Part shown: in pieces, positions 1 to 14,046 of the stretch
How the letters are laid out: each line of letters opens with the position of its first letter
Numbering within the stretch: the first letter of the stretch is position 1
Assembly (NCBI GenBank): GCA_030141605.1
Contig: JAQGDQ010000229.1
Coordinates: 62,001-126,000, forward strand
Reading direction: 5' to 3'
Origin: Tubiluchus corallicola
Lineage: Eukaryota; Animalia; Priapulida
Length of the DNA stretch: 64,000 nucleotides
Position numbers and translations under genes: made by a program
Notes under the pieces: generated by a model
The model's input: only the letters and a program-made list of their open reading frames with translations
What the model was told of the DNA's origin: nothing
Database searches by the model: none

Positions 1-170
1 TATGCTAAGATATTTTGCGACATTTTGTAATTATTTATGCCTTTTCTTTTTCCATCTGACGTTACAGAGCATGATGGATGTAAATATCGTGTTTTATATT
101 TTATTGCGAGATTTTTTATTAATCATATTAGTTCTTTTCGTTAAGAAATATCTCCTTGGAGAAACTTCTA

Positions 171-407
171 CAGGGTGTTTCATAAGAAATAGTGCAGTAG
201 AAATGTGACAAATGATAAAATGAATCTGTATTTCTGCATTATGACATCATAATGACGTAAAATAATGTTATATTTTTACCGTCATTATTTCAGTTTTCCT
301 ACCATATAACTTGGTAGACCATACTTGCTGGACTTTGTACCGAGTAATATTGGTATATTCATTGTATTAATTATTTTCATAGTGCATTGTTTCTTTGGGA
401 CACCCTG
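171..407. mobile_element. Tc1/mariner-type MITE
   Basis: Imperfect ~25-bp TIRs cagggtgtttcataagaaatagtgca / tgcattgtttctttgggacaccctg with TA on both sides; related sequence at 10601-11536 and 52565-52625. Confidence 0.7.
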
Positions 408-3400
408 TATGAGAGAAACAAATGTTCGGCAGTTGCTGGATGTTTCTTGGGACTCCACAATATATGCTTTTCACGTAATTTCTCATTGTTTGACGTATCA
501 TATAATTCCCAACTGAATCAAACGAAAGCCATTATTATAGTAAGCTTTTATACATCCAGACAGGTGGACAACCAAATGTTAAGTGAAATTTAATCGAAAG
601 CAATTGGTCAATTTAAGACATGCACTGCGGCGATTAATCAAACTCGAACAATGCCCAAAGTCGGAGGTCACTCGCTGACTTTTGAAATCAAAACCTAATC
701 ACAGCTAATTATTGTCAACATTTGAAATTGATCGTTGAAATAAACGCGCATTTTAATCAAACCCACGCCATAGACGTCACGAAGTCTCAATTAACCCTGC
801 AGGGGAAACAATGCCACATCGATCACACACTAGATTCGACAATAACGTGTGATGTGCGATGAATTTTGATCAAATTTTATTTCGATCAGTTACATCGACC
901 ATTTTTAATCCGCATATACCCCGAGGGTAAGCTCAGGAAAGAGGTAACTTACGACAGGGAAGAATGAACTATTTTGTGTTGTATAACAAAACACTGTTGT
1001 GAAAATTGGTTTTTGTTTGCCACACAAGTTGAATTTATACTTAATGCTGTCGAATACGAATGAATTAACTTTTCCTAAATGTTGGCCCAGGTAACATTTC
1101 ATGCATAATCAATTAATTTTACTACCTGTGTTCTGTAATGTCGACCTGCCAAGTGAGAGTGCCTACTTCACTTGTCGTTGTAGATCTACAACAAGTGTTG
1201 CTGTGACTGTCAATCAAAACTTAAAAATACAGCTGTCAAAAAGTTACATAAAAGACAGCTGTCAAAAAAGCTTGTAGTTTAGTAATCATCAAACCACAAC
1301 AGTCAGCTCGAAATTGAGACTGAAATTTTGAACCAAACGCGTTCAACAACATTGTCGTGGTTGTCCTTTAAAGAAGGTTGAAGATGCACATTTACAACAC
1401 TTCTAATTAAAATTTTCATGAATTCACGATCTTTTAGATATACAGGATATATACAAATATTATGTAAAGTTTCAAAACTAAATTTTGTAATTTCTTATGT
1501 CACAACTATTTAAACGGTGACGTCTTTATTTGGTTAAGAAAGCCGTTTTGTCACTTATTTTATCTGGTGCTTTAAAACTTGTCAACCACTACTGTCACTA
1601 AGTTCTAATCCAGAAGCAAGTTGACTTAATTTATGAACTAAAGGCTGTTCTGATGTTAATACAAAAACGTTGCTTAAAATGTGCTCTCATGTCAGAGTAA
1701 CTCTGTATGTACTGTGTAAAGCACTCGTGCATACCATACATGAAATTACAAACTATATATACGAGTCACTACAATTAAATTTTATTCATGACAGCTAATA
1801 CTAGTAGTTATCTTAATCGTTGTCTCCTGAAAAAATAAGATCAAACCCTACAGAGAAGAGCAATAAATACTAAACGTTTTTAGCTACAAGCCGCAATTTC
1901 ATAGAAATATTTTAGTTTTTTATTAATGAGATCAAAAACTTGATAACGTACCTGTACACCGCACTGCGTTTCCTCCTGCATGGCGACCACTAGATCAAAG
2001 AGACCGCCGTCATTTAGCGTCATAATTTAATTTCTCTCGGCAGGTAATAATTTGCCGTAGATTGTCAGATGCGGCGACAAATGTAAAGGAGGGTAATTCG
2101 AGACTTGACCTGCTGATTTAGTGGCTTGGCGCTTAAAGGAGTCATATAGCGCGAATGGTGAAAGAAGTCATTTCTTACGTGTAGAGGCTCACACAAAATG
2201 ACTTAAATGGGCAGAACACAACAGCGACGACCATCAAAATCATTGCATAGGACATTTAGGTTATATCCATATTTATGAAATCGAAATAGTAATAAACTAC
2301 AATGCTCTGTTCACCAGGTCCTCCACAAGTATTTTTGTAGACGCATGTCATTTGTAAAATATGCACACTTATAATTTGAATCTAGAATACAGTTTGCATT
2401 AAAAAACTTCACAATACACACAGAACACACATAAAATTATTACGTAATTTGCCTACACATAACCATACAGATAAGCTTGTGGTAAACATTAAAACACACG
2501 AACAAAATATGTACGAGAAAACGTGGAAAACTAAAGAAAATAATAAGAAATTGGTGGATATGCATGGGCAATGAAAAATTTGACATAGCTGAGGTTTATA
2601 CAAAGTTGCAACGTACATTTTCAATGTTAGGGCACCGCAAGAACTCAGAAAAATGGCCTAAGGCAACGGGTTCTAGAGCTTGCTTGAGTTGTAGTCACTT
2701 GAAGGTTCCATGGCCAGTTTTTATAGCTCAATATCTGGGAAAAACTGCCTGCATAAACATCATTTTTCAGGATTTTTCTGACAATACCACCAAGAACACT
2801 CTTCTACTGTTGAAGAATTAAACAATTTTCAAATAAAATATATAACTTGATTTACTGGTTTAACCTTTTTATTCTTAAACCACCAAATTCTCGGCTTTAA
2901 ACCTAAAGTCTTCAAACTGACAGATAAAGAATTGGTGAAATCACACTCAAAAGACCAAACTGTTGAGAAAAACTGCGCATTATCCACGACCACTCAAAAA
3001 ATGAATTGGCGAACAACAACTGACCATAACAATAAGTAAGGCAACGATTATACATTTGCATCATTTTTGTACTCATTGTTATGGTTTGTTGTTGTTGGCC
3101 CTTGGGGGCTCTGGGCAGAGGGCTGAGAATATAATGGTTTTAAAATAAAGACTAGGTATATAGATAGCCAGTAGATAGATAGTTATTCACTTTCTTTGTT
3201 ATGTTACCTGGCTGCAATTCATGTCTATAGGCCTATTTAAATAAGTTTCATTTGACAATTATCTTGAGTGTTACGAGGCTTGTATGTGGTAAAGAAAAAT
3301 CTTGCATTCCAGATTTGTTTAACCACACCTGTCAACCAGTGCAATCAATGCAGTCATTAAAACAAGCACGTCATCATAACTTTCGATGGTTGACTCGCAC

Positions 3401-5657
3401 CGACGAGTTCATTGAATCATTGTCTTGCCTGATTTCTGCCGTTTTTAGCTGATTAATAATCCGACTTTACTTTGCAGAAAATCAGACGGGGTAGATACAC
3501 ACAGAGTGCCCATCAATGCCTCTCAGGAGAGATGTTTCATGATAAATATACATTAACATGTTCATTAATTATGTATTCACGTGAATTATTACGTTGTTAA
3601 TACATGCAGACGAGCTTAATCAGAGCAGTGGACTGTGTCGATATAATGTTTTATTTGTAAATGATAATCAGTGGTGATAATAGGTCTGAATTAATAGCGA
3701 ATATCTTACAACAGGGTACAATGCTTGCCATCGAGACTCGTATTATGTTGACAGCACGCTGCAATGATTTACTTATACTGTATAGTATAAGTAAGTTAGT
3801 TAGACTCATTACACTAATGTATTTACGACTGGCCTGCTATACAACCTAATAATTTAAGATTTTATATGTGTATTATATAAAGATTATATATATTTTTAAG
3901 AACATTGCGTTTTTACAACTGTGCTTAAGCTGCTGCGCAGTTTTATCTATATTAAGGCATTATTGGTGTGTAAAAGTAATGTTTGTAAAATTAAATGATG
4001 AAAACACGCCTAACTATAGTCCTACTTTTAGCCTACCAAAGATCGTTCGATGACAATGTTTTGTTTTTAGCGCAACGGCACTCAATAAGAGACCTTGTAA
4101 CTATCTCTTTACAGGTTTCAATATTATCATTTAGGGTTCTGGGTTCGAATCCTTGTTGGTTCACAAATTTTCCACACTTTAATCCTAAATTTCTGTTTCT
4201 TTAATTAAATAACGGTTGAATGTCGTTAAGAATCAGCTAAGAGTGATGTTTCCTTTACTATCTACACTTACTATCGATAACGGAAAAGCTTATAATAAGA
4301 ATACATATTCATTTTGTTGTCTGTGAAACTTACCATTAAAAAATGTAAAATTTATTTATATAAAGCACTACATCATTTAAAATCTCAGCACGCTGAACAA
4401 CAAAATACATTTAAAATTCATAAGAAACATAAAATATAAAAGACAAAAAATTAAAAAAAAATAACTCATCGTAAAAAGTACAATTTAAATGTGCTTTAAG
4501 ATGTTGTTTAAAGAATCTAATGACAACGTACAGCAACAGGTAAGTTATTCCAGAAATGCGGAGCGCAAATAGAAAAACTTTTTCACCATAGAATATTAGG
4601 AACTGGCTAATGTAAATTAATTTGTTTGTTAGCATTTGAGCGAAGTGTTTGGCCCATTAATTTTTGTCATTCAAAAAAATCCACTTTTTTCACAAAATTA
4701 GCCAAACGTAATGTTTTTTCCGCTGATAAGCCTATTTACACACTATATTCTACCCGGATATATGCATGTGATGAAAGGTAAAAGTGTTTGTACTGTGATT
4801 AATAATCACCGATAACTGCATAAGCCACATGTGCTATGTATTTAAATCTCACACCAAGAAAAAAATCACATCCTATAACAATTTCCTGTTCCTCGTAATA
4901 ATAAGCAAGCAAAAGCTTTTATTGGCTTTTTGGTCTAACCAAGATTGATCTTAAACAAACGAGTTTAATATCTCTGTAAGCCAATGAGCATTATTTACAC
5001 ATATAACGTGCGAAACTGTAAGCTAGTAGGATAAAATGAGATTTCACGAAACTTGGCCAGCTCAACTACGCAAACCTTCACTGCCTCGAAAATAAAATTT
5101 GTGGCTTCTTTTCAATCGGAGGAACTAATAATTTAAGAAATCATACGATTGAGTTGATATATGTATATTATACATATATAGTCTTGTAAAGGTTTGTACA
5201 ATTAGCGCTTGAACAACTACGATAGTGATAATTATAGCAGTTTTAGTATCAATATATTTTGCTATTTCCAATGAAATGCGAATATGCTAAGTCGAAGTTG
5301 CCCAACTGTAAGCAGAGCGTGCGTTTAAACCATTTTATGTTTACTGCATCAGAAAAATTAATTCCTCATCTTGCAAATTTCTCTCTGTGTGTCAAATTAC
5401 AATGAAGTTTTGAAGTCAGTATATTTCTTGTGTAAAGATGTTAGGTACCTTCGTTTTTCTATTTACTTGTTTAGCGGTTCTACTTTACTTTACAACTAAT
5501 TTCTAACATTTGACTCATTTATCTTTTGTTCTTTTGTAATTAAATTTTTGTCATCTTTACCTTTATCATTGTTTTCTAAGTTACAACTCTCCTTTCTATT
5601 GGCTCTCTTAATTGTTACTTTTTTACTTCTATCTTTTTGCTGTCTTTCGATAATGGT

Positions 5658-5781
5658 AACTGCTGCTACTACTATTGCTGTAGCTGTTGCTGTTGCTGTT
5701 GCCGCTGTTACTGCTGCTGCTTCTGTTGCTGTTGTTGCTGCTGTCGCTGCTACTACTACTACTATTACTACTATTACTACA
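5658..5781. repeat. Mixed trinucleotide repeat (GCT/GTT/ACT)n
   Basis: Direct reading; source of spurious Ala/Val/Thr ORFs. Confidence 0.85.
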
Positions 5782-6426
5782 CCGAAACTAACAAGTAATT
5801 GCAACGTCTTTATAACATTGCGTTCTGCATTAAAAATGCATTGACAATAAAATTCTTAATGAAAATCCCCATCAAACGTTAATATAAGCGCTTTCTCGGA
5901 AGCAACAAATCAAGTCGGATCGTGTAATAACCGCTTTCTCTCTCTCGAGCTCTCTCAATAAAACGCCAAATTCGCTCTTTTATGATCATATATCAACACT
6001 TATAGCTACAGGCAGTAAATAATAGGGCGACACATCGGGCCAGCACATCCCACACATAAATATCAGCACATGACACATCGCACCAGGACATACTTGTTGT
6101 AAATTTTCTACCCGCTCGTTGCGTGACATGTCCCATTGTTAGGTGGGCTTAATGAATGTTGTAAATTTACTTGCATTTCGCTCGTAAATTTTGCTAGAAT
6201 GAGCCGACGCGCACTAGAAGAATATAAAGTAGCGCAGAACTATATCCTTCGAGCTGGAAACTATGGAAAGAAGGTGGTCTGAGAAAACCGAGGGGTGGTT
6301 GGGTGACTGAGTTGGGTATAGTGCTTCCATATTTTGGCTGATCAATCAGTTTTTTAGGCAAAATTATTTTGCCCAATAAACTGATTGATCAGGCCAGTTG
6401 GTTATTTGGCCGCTCAGTTGATCACT

Positions 6427-6480
6427 CAGTCAGTCAGTCAGTCAGTCAGTCAGTCAGTCAGTCAGTCAGTCAGTCAGTCA
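6427..6480. repeat. (CAGT)n microsatellite
   Basis: Direct reading. Confidence 0.95.
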
Positions 6481-6807
6481 TTTATATAACTTATGTAACA
6501 ATAATTACACGTGTAGCTGAAAACTTCTACAGTTATATCACACCTATTTTTCTCTGCTACTACTTGCAAACTTTTTCTTTTGTTCTTTCACTTGGCAATG
6601 TTTTTATTAGTTTTTATATTAATTTTGTTCATTTATTGATACATTTGTTTAGCCGTTCATCAGATAATGATGCATTTGTTCATCCTCTTATTTTGTTCAC
6701 TCTTTTTCCCACTAGCTCATTGTTTCTTTCATTTTTTATTCATTTCACTCATTCTCTTTCTATCTATCTGTCCGCCCATTTGCCTATGCATACATTCTTT
6801 TTTGTTC

Positions 6808-6970
6808 GTTCATTCGGTCATTCATTCATTCATTCATTCATTCATTCATTCATTCATTCATTCATTCATTCATTCATTCATTCATTCATTCATTCATTCA
6901 TTCATTCATTTATTCCTTCACTCATTTATTTATTTTTTCATTCGTTCATTTATTCATCCATTCATTCATT
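6808..6970. repeat. (TTCA)n microsatellite
   Basis: Direct reading. Confidence 0.95.
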
Positions 6971-9080
6971 ATTAACTTTTTTTCAAGTTTCGATTTTGTT
7001 AAATTGCTTGGGTACATATTTGCTATCGTACGTTTGTCAGATTATTTCTGGTACAATTCGAAATAATGTTTGACGGAATGTTTTATGATGGCTCAGCTTA
7101 TTAGAATGAACAAAACTTCGTTCTCCACCCACAGGTTTATTAAACATTAGCAGCAAACGTAGTTTTTTCACAGGTGGAATTCTGGCATAAAAACTTCACA
7201 GGTGTTTTGGTCATAAAACACTAAGTCTATGTGATCACTTTGTTGTCTTAAATTGGAAAGTTTGCATCATAACCTCATGAATTATGCAGTATTTTAATTG
7301 ACCTACACGCACAAAATAATACATAATGTCAAAACCGAAAACGCTGCAGCACACAATCTTCAATTTTTGTTAGACTCTACATTTATAATTTATTGCGCCT
7401 AATAATGTGTAAGTTTATTAATGCTCCGTGCCTATCAGCTTCTCTATAAACCTCGATATGCGATGTCTGCTTGATTTATTACAACTCTAAATTATAAGAT
7501 TTCTTGACAGTTATGAGATTTGCACTCTTACTCACGCATCCAGGCGCATCGAATCGATCAAGTGGCGTTGCTAAAACTTCGCGTTGTTTTCACTATTAAA
7601 AATCTTTATTGTGTGTGTTTGCTCTAACTGAATTCAAGAAAGACCATTTACATCCTTACAATCACGTTTTTATTCGTTTATTTTAAGTTTTACAACAAAT
7701 AAGCTGTTAAATTCCTGTTGCTAGCATAAAATGGTAGTTTGAATTGAGATTTTGTAGACTTAATAATGATAAGGTCTATTAAAATTGAAATGCCGTGATT
7801 GAAAATTTGTGCAAATCTCAACACAGCACGTGTTTCACTATTTAGCAACAAAATAATGCCAAATTTTACTACGTTACGGATCTGTTGTTTTGTTAAAAAA
7901 TGACAGAATTTATCGGCTTGTTATGCCGGGTAGGATTTAAAGTTTATCACTTGTAGTGTATTGAACAATAATTTATAGCGGGTTTATTTATAAGACATCG
8001 CAACCGATAATAAAGTAATGGAGCATGATTTACAGACCTTGTGAGTTGCCTACAACTCAGCTTAGCAATGTCAAATATTCACTTTGAATAAAGTTGCAAG
8101 AATTTTTGCAGCTGCTTCCTTGAAAGGGTATCTACGGGTACAGGAAAAGAGTTGTAGCATTTTTGCGCAACTCTTCTCTCCTTTTTTCGTATCTTTTTCG
8201 ACTATTACTCTGCAGATCATTAACTGGTGAAATGTTTCCGTTTTCTTTAATACTTAATCTTAAACATGGTGAACTGTTTTCAACATTATAAACATTTCTA
8301 GCCTCATACAGCAGTAAATAGCGTCACCCATGAAAAGTTGAAAGTACGTACAATAGCGCCACTTTTTTATTCACGTAATAACCGATTATATTTACATTTG
8401 ACCCATACTATTAACAATAATATGCATATAATAGTAATACACATATTGTTACTGCAGTTATGTATTGAATTTCGCCAGTTTTAATCTAGCACTCCCCGAA
8501 GAGCAGCTACAGAGCAAGGAGTTCAGTCTAAAAGGTTCCAAATGGACCGAATTTGTCTTTCCAGAATCCCAGCTCACGTTAACTGCCCATAAGTGGCGGT
8601 ATCATTACGAATTTCATTCAAATCTTTGGCTGCTTGTCAATGGCTAGTCTCACAATGGCGTATGCAGTTATCAAGCACACAGACTTTATGGTGCTAATTA
8701 GAAACTAGCATTCAAGCTGCTTTTCAGCCTGTCAGAAACAGACTACATCTTCTTGCTCTTCAAATGCTGCCTCTCGCTGAGGTAGCTAGCTTAGCGATTT
8801 AGTTTGCTCATGCTAACTGATGATTAGGGGGAAACAATAGCAGGTCCCATGCGAGTGAAGCACTCTGGCCAAACTGACCATTTCTATTTTTACACTGAAT
8901 TCCCCTATGCTGGCCTATAAATAAAGGCTGTTGTCCTTTATCAGTATATAATTAATACATTGTGGCAAAATGTAACAGGTAATACTTAAGATATAGTTAC
9001 AAACTTAAACGACTTATTTAGAGTCTAAGTTTATCTAAGGATGTGTAAAATTGTATTACCTTATTGTTTTGAACGTACAG

Positions 9081-9886
9081 TAGTCCGGTCAAAATAAGGT
9101 TTGACCGGGACAAAAATATGGTATAACTGAATTTTCGCACAATCACCCAGAAAGTCGTCCAGAACAACCTATTAAAAATCTCCGTGAATCCACCGGGGGG
9201 GGGGGGCATTATAGGGCTTTAAATTCAAAATGGAGACTAATGCAGCATTAAAGTCAAAATAACTCACCTAAGTGATATTGATATAAACATAATTATCGCC
9301 TATCAGACAAATGGTGTCTCAAGGTCATTAAAAACAGATTTCTTCTGATGGGCTCAAACTTCAGCTGCTAATACATTTATGCCATCTTAAATACCACTTA
9401 GGTGAGTTATTTCGACTTTAATGCTGCACTGGCGGCCATTTTGGATGACCTTGAACTTGAGTGACCTTGAAACACCATGTTTCCTATAAGCCATATGCAT
9501 TTTTATATCAGTTGTTAATACATTTATGCTTAAACGCCACCTAGTTGAGTTATTTTGACTTTAATGATGCACTGGCGGCCGATTTTGAATGACTTTGACC
9601 TTGAGTGACCTTGAAACACCATGTTTCCTATAAGCCATATACATGTTTATATCAGCTGGTAATATATTTATTCCGTCTTAAAAGCCATCTAGTTGAGCTA
9701 TTTTGACTTTAATACTGCATTAGCTGCCATTTTGAATTTAAAGCCCTATAATTTTTTTCGCTAGGGTGGATTTATGGGGATTTTTAATACGTTGTTCTGG
9801 ATGACTTTTTGAGTGTCTGTGCAAAAATTCAGCTATATCATATTTTCGTCCGGGTCATGCATTTTTGGGCTAATTTGACTGAACTA
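9081..9886. mobile_element. Non-autonomous DNA transposon with long TIRs, Academ-like
   Basis: ~195-bp diverged TIRs (9081-9275 / 9690-9886), TAGT...ACTA termini, 3-bp CAG duplication on both sides, internal ~145-bp tandem repeat (9370-9750). Confidence 0.75.
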
Positions 9887-10683
9887 CAGCAGTAAAATTC
9901 AATTCGATTCCATTCAATTCAACATTTAATGTAACTTTATTAATTCAACATCGCAAATGTAAAACAACAGTAATGACAATGACTTTGATAACAAAGACCT
10001 TTGTGCACGTGTTTGTGGGATCTAATAATTATTACTTCACAATAATAAACGAAGAAGACTGAAAAGTGTACAAGTTTTGTCCAGACCAGACCTTGGTGAA
10101 AAGGAACTCTAATTTCAATTTTCTACATTGTAAACAAAAAAAGAAGTAAATCACGGGATTAGTTATACCTACTAATCAGTGGAATGACAAGTCTTTGCTT
10201 AATAAGTGCGCGTTGAAACCTCTTTATTGGCTAATGCTAATAATTAATCAACAAAAATGAGAAAACATCAGAACGTAAAAAAGAACGTATTAAGTAAATA
10301 CCGGAAACTCTTCTCATCCGCTAAGCACTCAAGCCTAATTCATTACCCATGCTATTGTGCCATTACACGAGTAGTGATGTAAATTATTGTTTCACATAGA
10401 GCCTTGAGGTTAGTGTAGGGTTTTAATTTTGCCATTCTCTTTATGATTGATGAACTAGCGAGGGTAAAAAAGTGTTAGATCAAGGGTAATTAATTATGAT
10501 TTACATGCGCGCCATCTGCGGAGTAATGGATTGCACTGCCGATTTTTTGCGACATTCCCAAATGGCTTCACCACAACAGCACTCTTTCACCACCATTGTA
10601 CAGGGTGTTCTAAAAGAAACAGTGCAGCAGGAACATGGCACATAATAAACAGGGAGTTTCACATTACAATAACATTATGACCC

Positions 10684-11041
<358 letters not shown>

Positions 11042-11088
11042 TAGTTTGTATGTCATTATTCCAATTTTCGTACCATATAACTGGGTAA

Positions 11089-11345
11089 TGACTAAACTGG
11101 ATTTGAATCAGGGGCCTTCTGCTTACAAGGCAGACACCTTTGACTACCAAGCCACTATATTCCCTAGTGATCAAGAGAGAACGAATCAATCTGGTGTGAG
11201 CAATCTAACATTGGAAATGCTTATTTTGTTGACCAGTTATAAGGGATGAACTTTGGACTACCTTGATCACTAGGGAATATGACGGTCAGGTGGTTTCAGG
11301 CGTTTGCCGTCTAAGCAGAAGGTCCCTTGGTTCCAGGCTGTAATT
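11089..11345. mobile_element. Divergent inverted pair of tRNA-derived (SINE-head or pseudo-tRNA) sequences
   Basis: Perfect 19-bp inverted repeat (11157-11175 / 11262-11280), each arm leading into an A-box, a tctgc-N7-gcaga-type anticodon-like arm and a degenerate B-box. Confidence 0.5.
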
Positions 11346-12008
11346 CAACTTTTCCACATTTCCTGTCTTTCAAGTTTGGTATTAAATTTAATTAATTGTG
11401 GGGTTGTCTCAACATTAGTAATAATCTCCACATTAAAATTATAATAATTAATTGGTATGACCATACTTATTGGACTTTGTACAGCATAATATTATTACGC
11501 TCAGTCTTTATCAGTGACCTATTTTTGGACACCCTGTATTATACTGTTCAGCTAAATCAATGTGTGTTGAACTACACGCTTTCTGTTAAACAATGTGCAT
11601 GAATATACAAACAGCAGTTACAGCTCTGTAGTGTGCAGGTGTATCCGGTTTTTGGACATCAGTTCAACAGGCAGGTCTCTGACTGACATACTGCACACTT
11701 GAAATATGACAACGCTGATGACAAGTGTCAGTCATTCATATAATTAAATTGATAAGCATGTCACCTGTCACATAATATCAGGTGTGTTTTACACCTACGT
11801 GATACAAGATTAATGAATTCTAAATTATATTGACAGGCATGTGCTGCCTATTTAACAAGATTATCATTCAATGAGAAGTAGTCCGGGTGTTCTTTTACAA
11901 TACATTTGAATGTACTGCAGGCCACCAACAGGCCTACTGTTCTTATATACGGAGATGCAACTAATGGTTGTAGTTGGGCCGGAATCTACTCGTTCCGGTT
12001 GTACGTAG

Positions 12009-12225
<217 letters not shown>

Positions 12226-12902
12226 CTAAAAATGCAGTGGAAAATCAATACTAGCTGCAAAATGGGTTTTAAAGATCATAAAAACTTGTACCTTACGACT
12301 TCATTGCTGACATTGTCGCTGTTTTAAGACTGGCATTACGAAAACGGTTTTTAATGGAAGTATGAATCATTCAGGAATTTATAACGCGCAGTAAAATAAA
12401 TGTTGCCGCCTGTCATTCAAAGAATTTATCAGATTTACTTAGCAAGTAAACGACGTGAGCTAACTTTGTAGATAAAAGTGGCAAATAAATAATAATTGAG
12501 ATAATCGCGTCCTGTTTGTAGTCTGATTAAACTGGATAAATACCAGCGTACCTTTGAGGTTCTTCTTATCATTGCTTGCATGGCCCTACAATAATTCCAT
12601 GCATTTGCATGTGGTGGCCTGTAAGGTGTGCTAGAATCCATGATGTGTATAAGGAACGCGCACCTTTATTTATAACGCCAAAAACGTTGAAACAGAAAAT
12701 ATAATAGCTGTATAATAGATATATAAGTTGTAAGCATAGTTATTGCACTAGATAGGCTATATAGACCTACATATATACTGTACGTGACTTTCATCATTTG
12801 CAAAATACTCGCAGGATTTTTTTAAAGCAAATGTTGATATTAGTTGTAAAAATTGTTGTTGTCGTTGTCGTTGTTATTCTTATTATTGTTGTCGTTTTTT
12901 TA

Positions 12903-13081
<179 letters not shown>

Positions 13082-13559
13082 TTATTGTTAAATATGTATG
13101 TATTTATTTATTCGAACATACGTATTTAAATACATATTTTATGTAAAATCAATTGTGTTTTTCTTAAATTTACAGTATCACACGTTTACATATACACTAC
13201 AGACCCGTAACCAACACTCAATGACAGCAGGACCAGTACCTTGTTCTTCATCAGGAAATGCTTTTACATATAAAGAGATACTGAACCAGCAGAGGTGTCT
13301 GTCTCTTTGGGGCGTATATATACTCTTCTTCAACGAGATGAATATAGCTATAGAGACCAGAGATAAAACTCTCTATTTTCTTGGAGATCACCCACACATT
13401 TCTTATCAGGTCCAGCCTTTCCTAGTGTTGCTTGTTGAACACGCTATTCAGTTTTTTCTTTAGTCACTTTATCAACACGATAACAAAAAGGATTTTTTTA
13501 TTTTGAGCGTACTTAAAAATTGGGCCTCGTGATTTCATTTTATTTTATTTTGTTTTTTT

Positions 13560-14030
13560 ATTTATTTCACAACCATCCTTAACACAAATAAGTCATTATA
13601 AAGAATAAAACGAGACACAAATGACATTTGCACTATTTACTAACTGGAATGCGGTTAAACACAAGGAGTAAACTACTTATATGTACCTATTAAATCTTAA
13701 AAATACTCGAGCGAAACGATTTAATAAATTTTTACAAAAACGATACTCAGTTTTCTAATCTGTGGAGTCGTATAATACTTTCACGTTTGCTGGTATTATA
13801 GTTTAGATAAAATTCAGTTTATTATCTAATTAAAATAATTTAGTCTATAATGTAATATCAAGTTTTTGTCAGGTATATTCAAATTTGGCTCCTTTGCTTA
13901 GTACGAAATAAGAACAGTGAGAAACTTCACTTTCGCCATGTAGGACTTGCAGCCTCATCAATTGGTTCAGGTTTAGACCCTTTCTAGGTCCTGGTTCTCA
14001 TTCTTTGTTTGAATGCCAACCATGATAGGA
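13560..14030 (-). mobile_element. Possible decayed 3' end of a CR1/L2-group LINE
   Basis: General resemblance only (A-rich tail at ~13515-13565 on minus, ggagta..cttat-like 3' motif); no clean ORF. Confidence 0.25.
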
Positions 14031-14046
14031 GACATCTTTTCTTAGC

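Noticed and set aside
4070-4172. Possible tRNA gene (GGTTCGAATCC B-box)
   Set aside because: No cloverleaf or acceptor stem; the tail matches the SINE-like piece at 57170-57270. No intact tRNA gene was recognised in the window
5496-7073. Long ORFs rich in Ala/Val/Thr or with SFIH/SQSV repeats
   Set aside because: Translations of microsatellites; no domain or splice support
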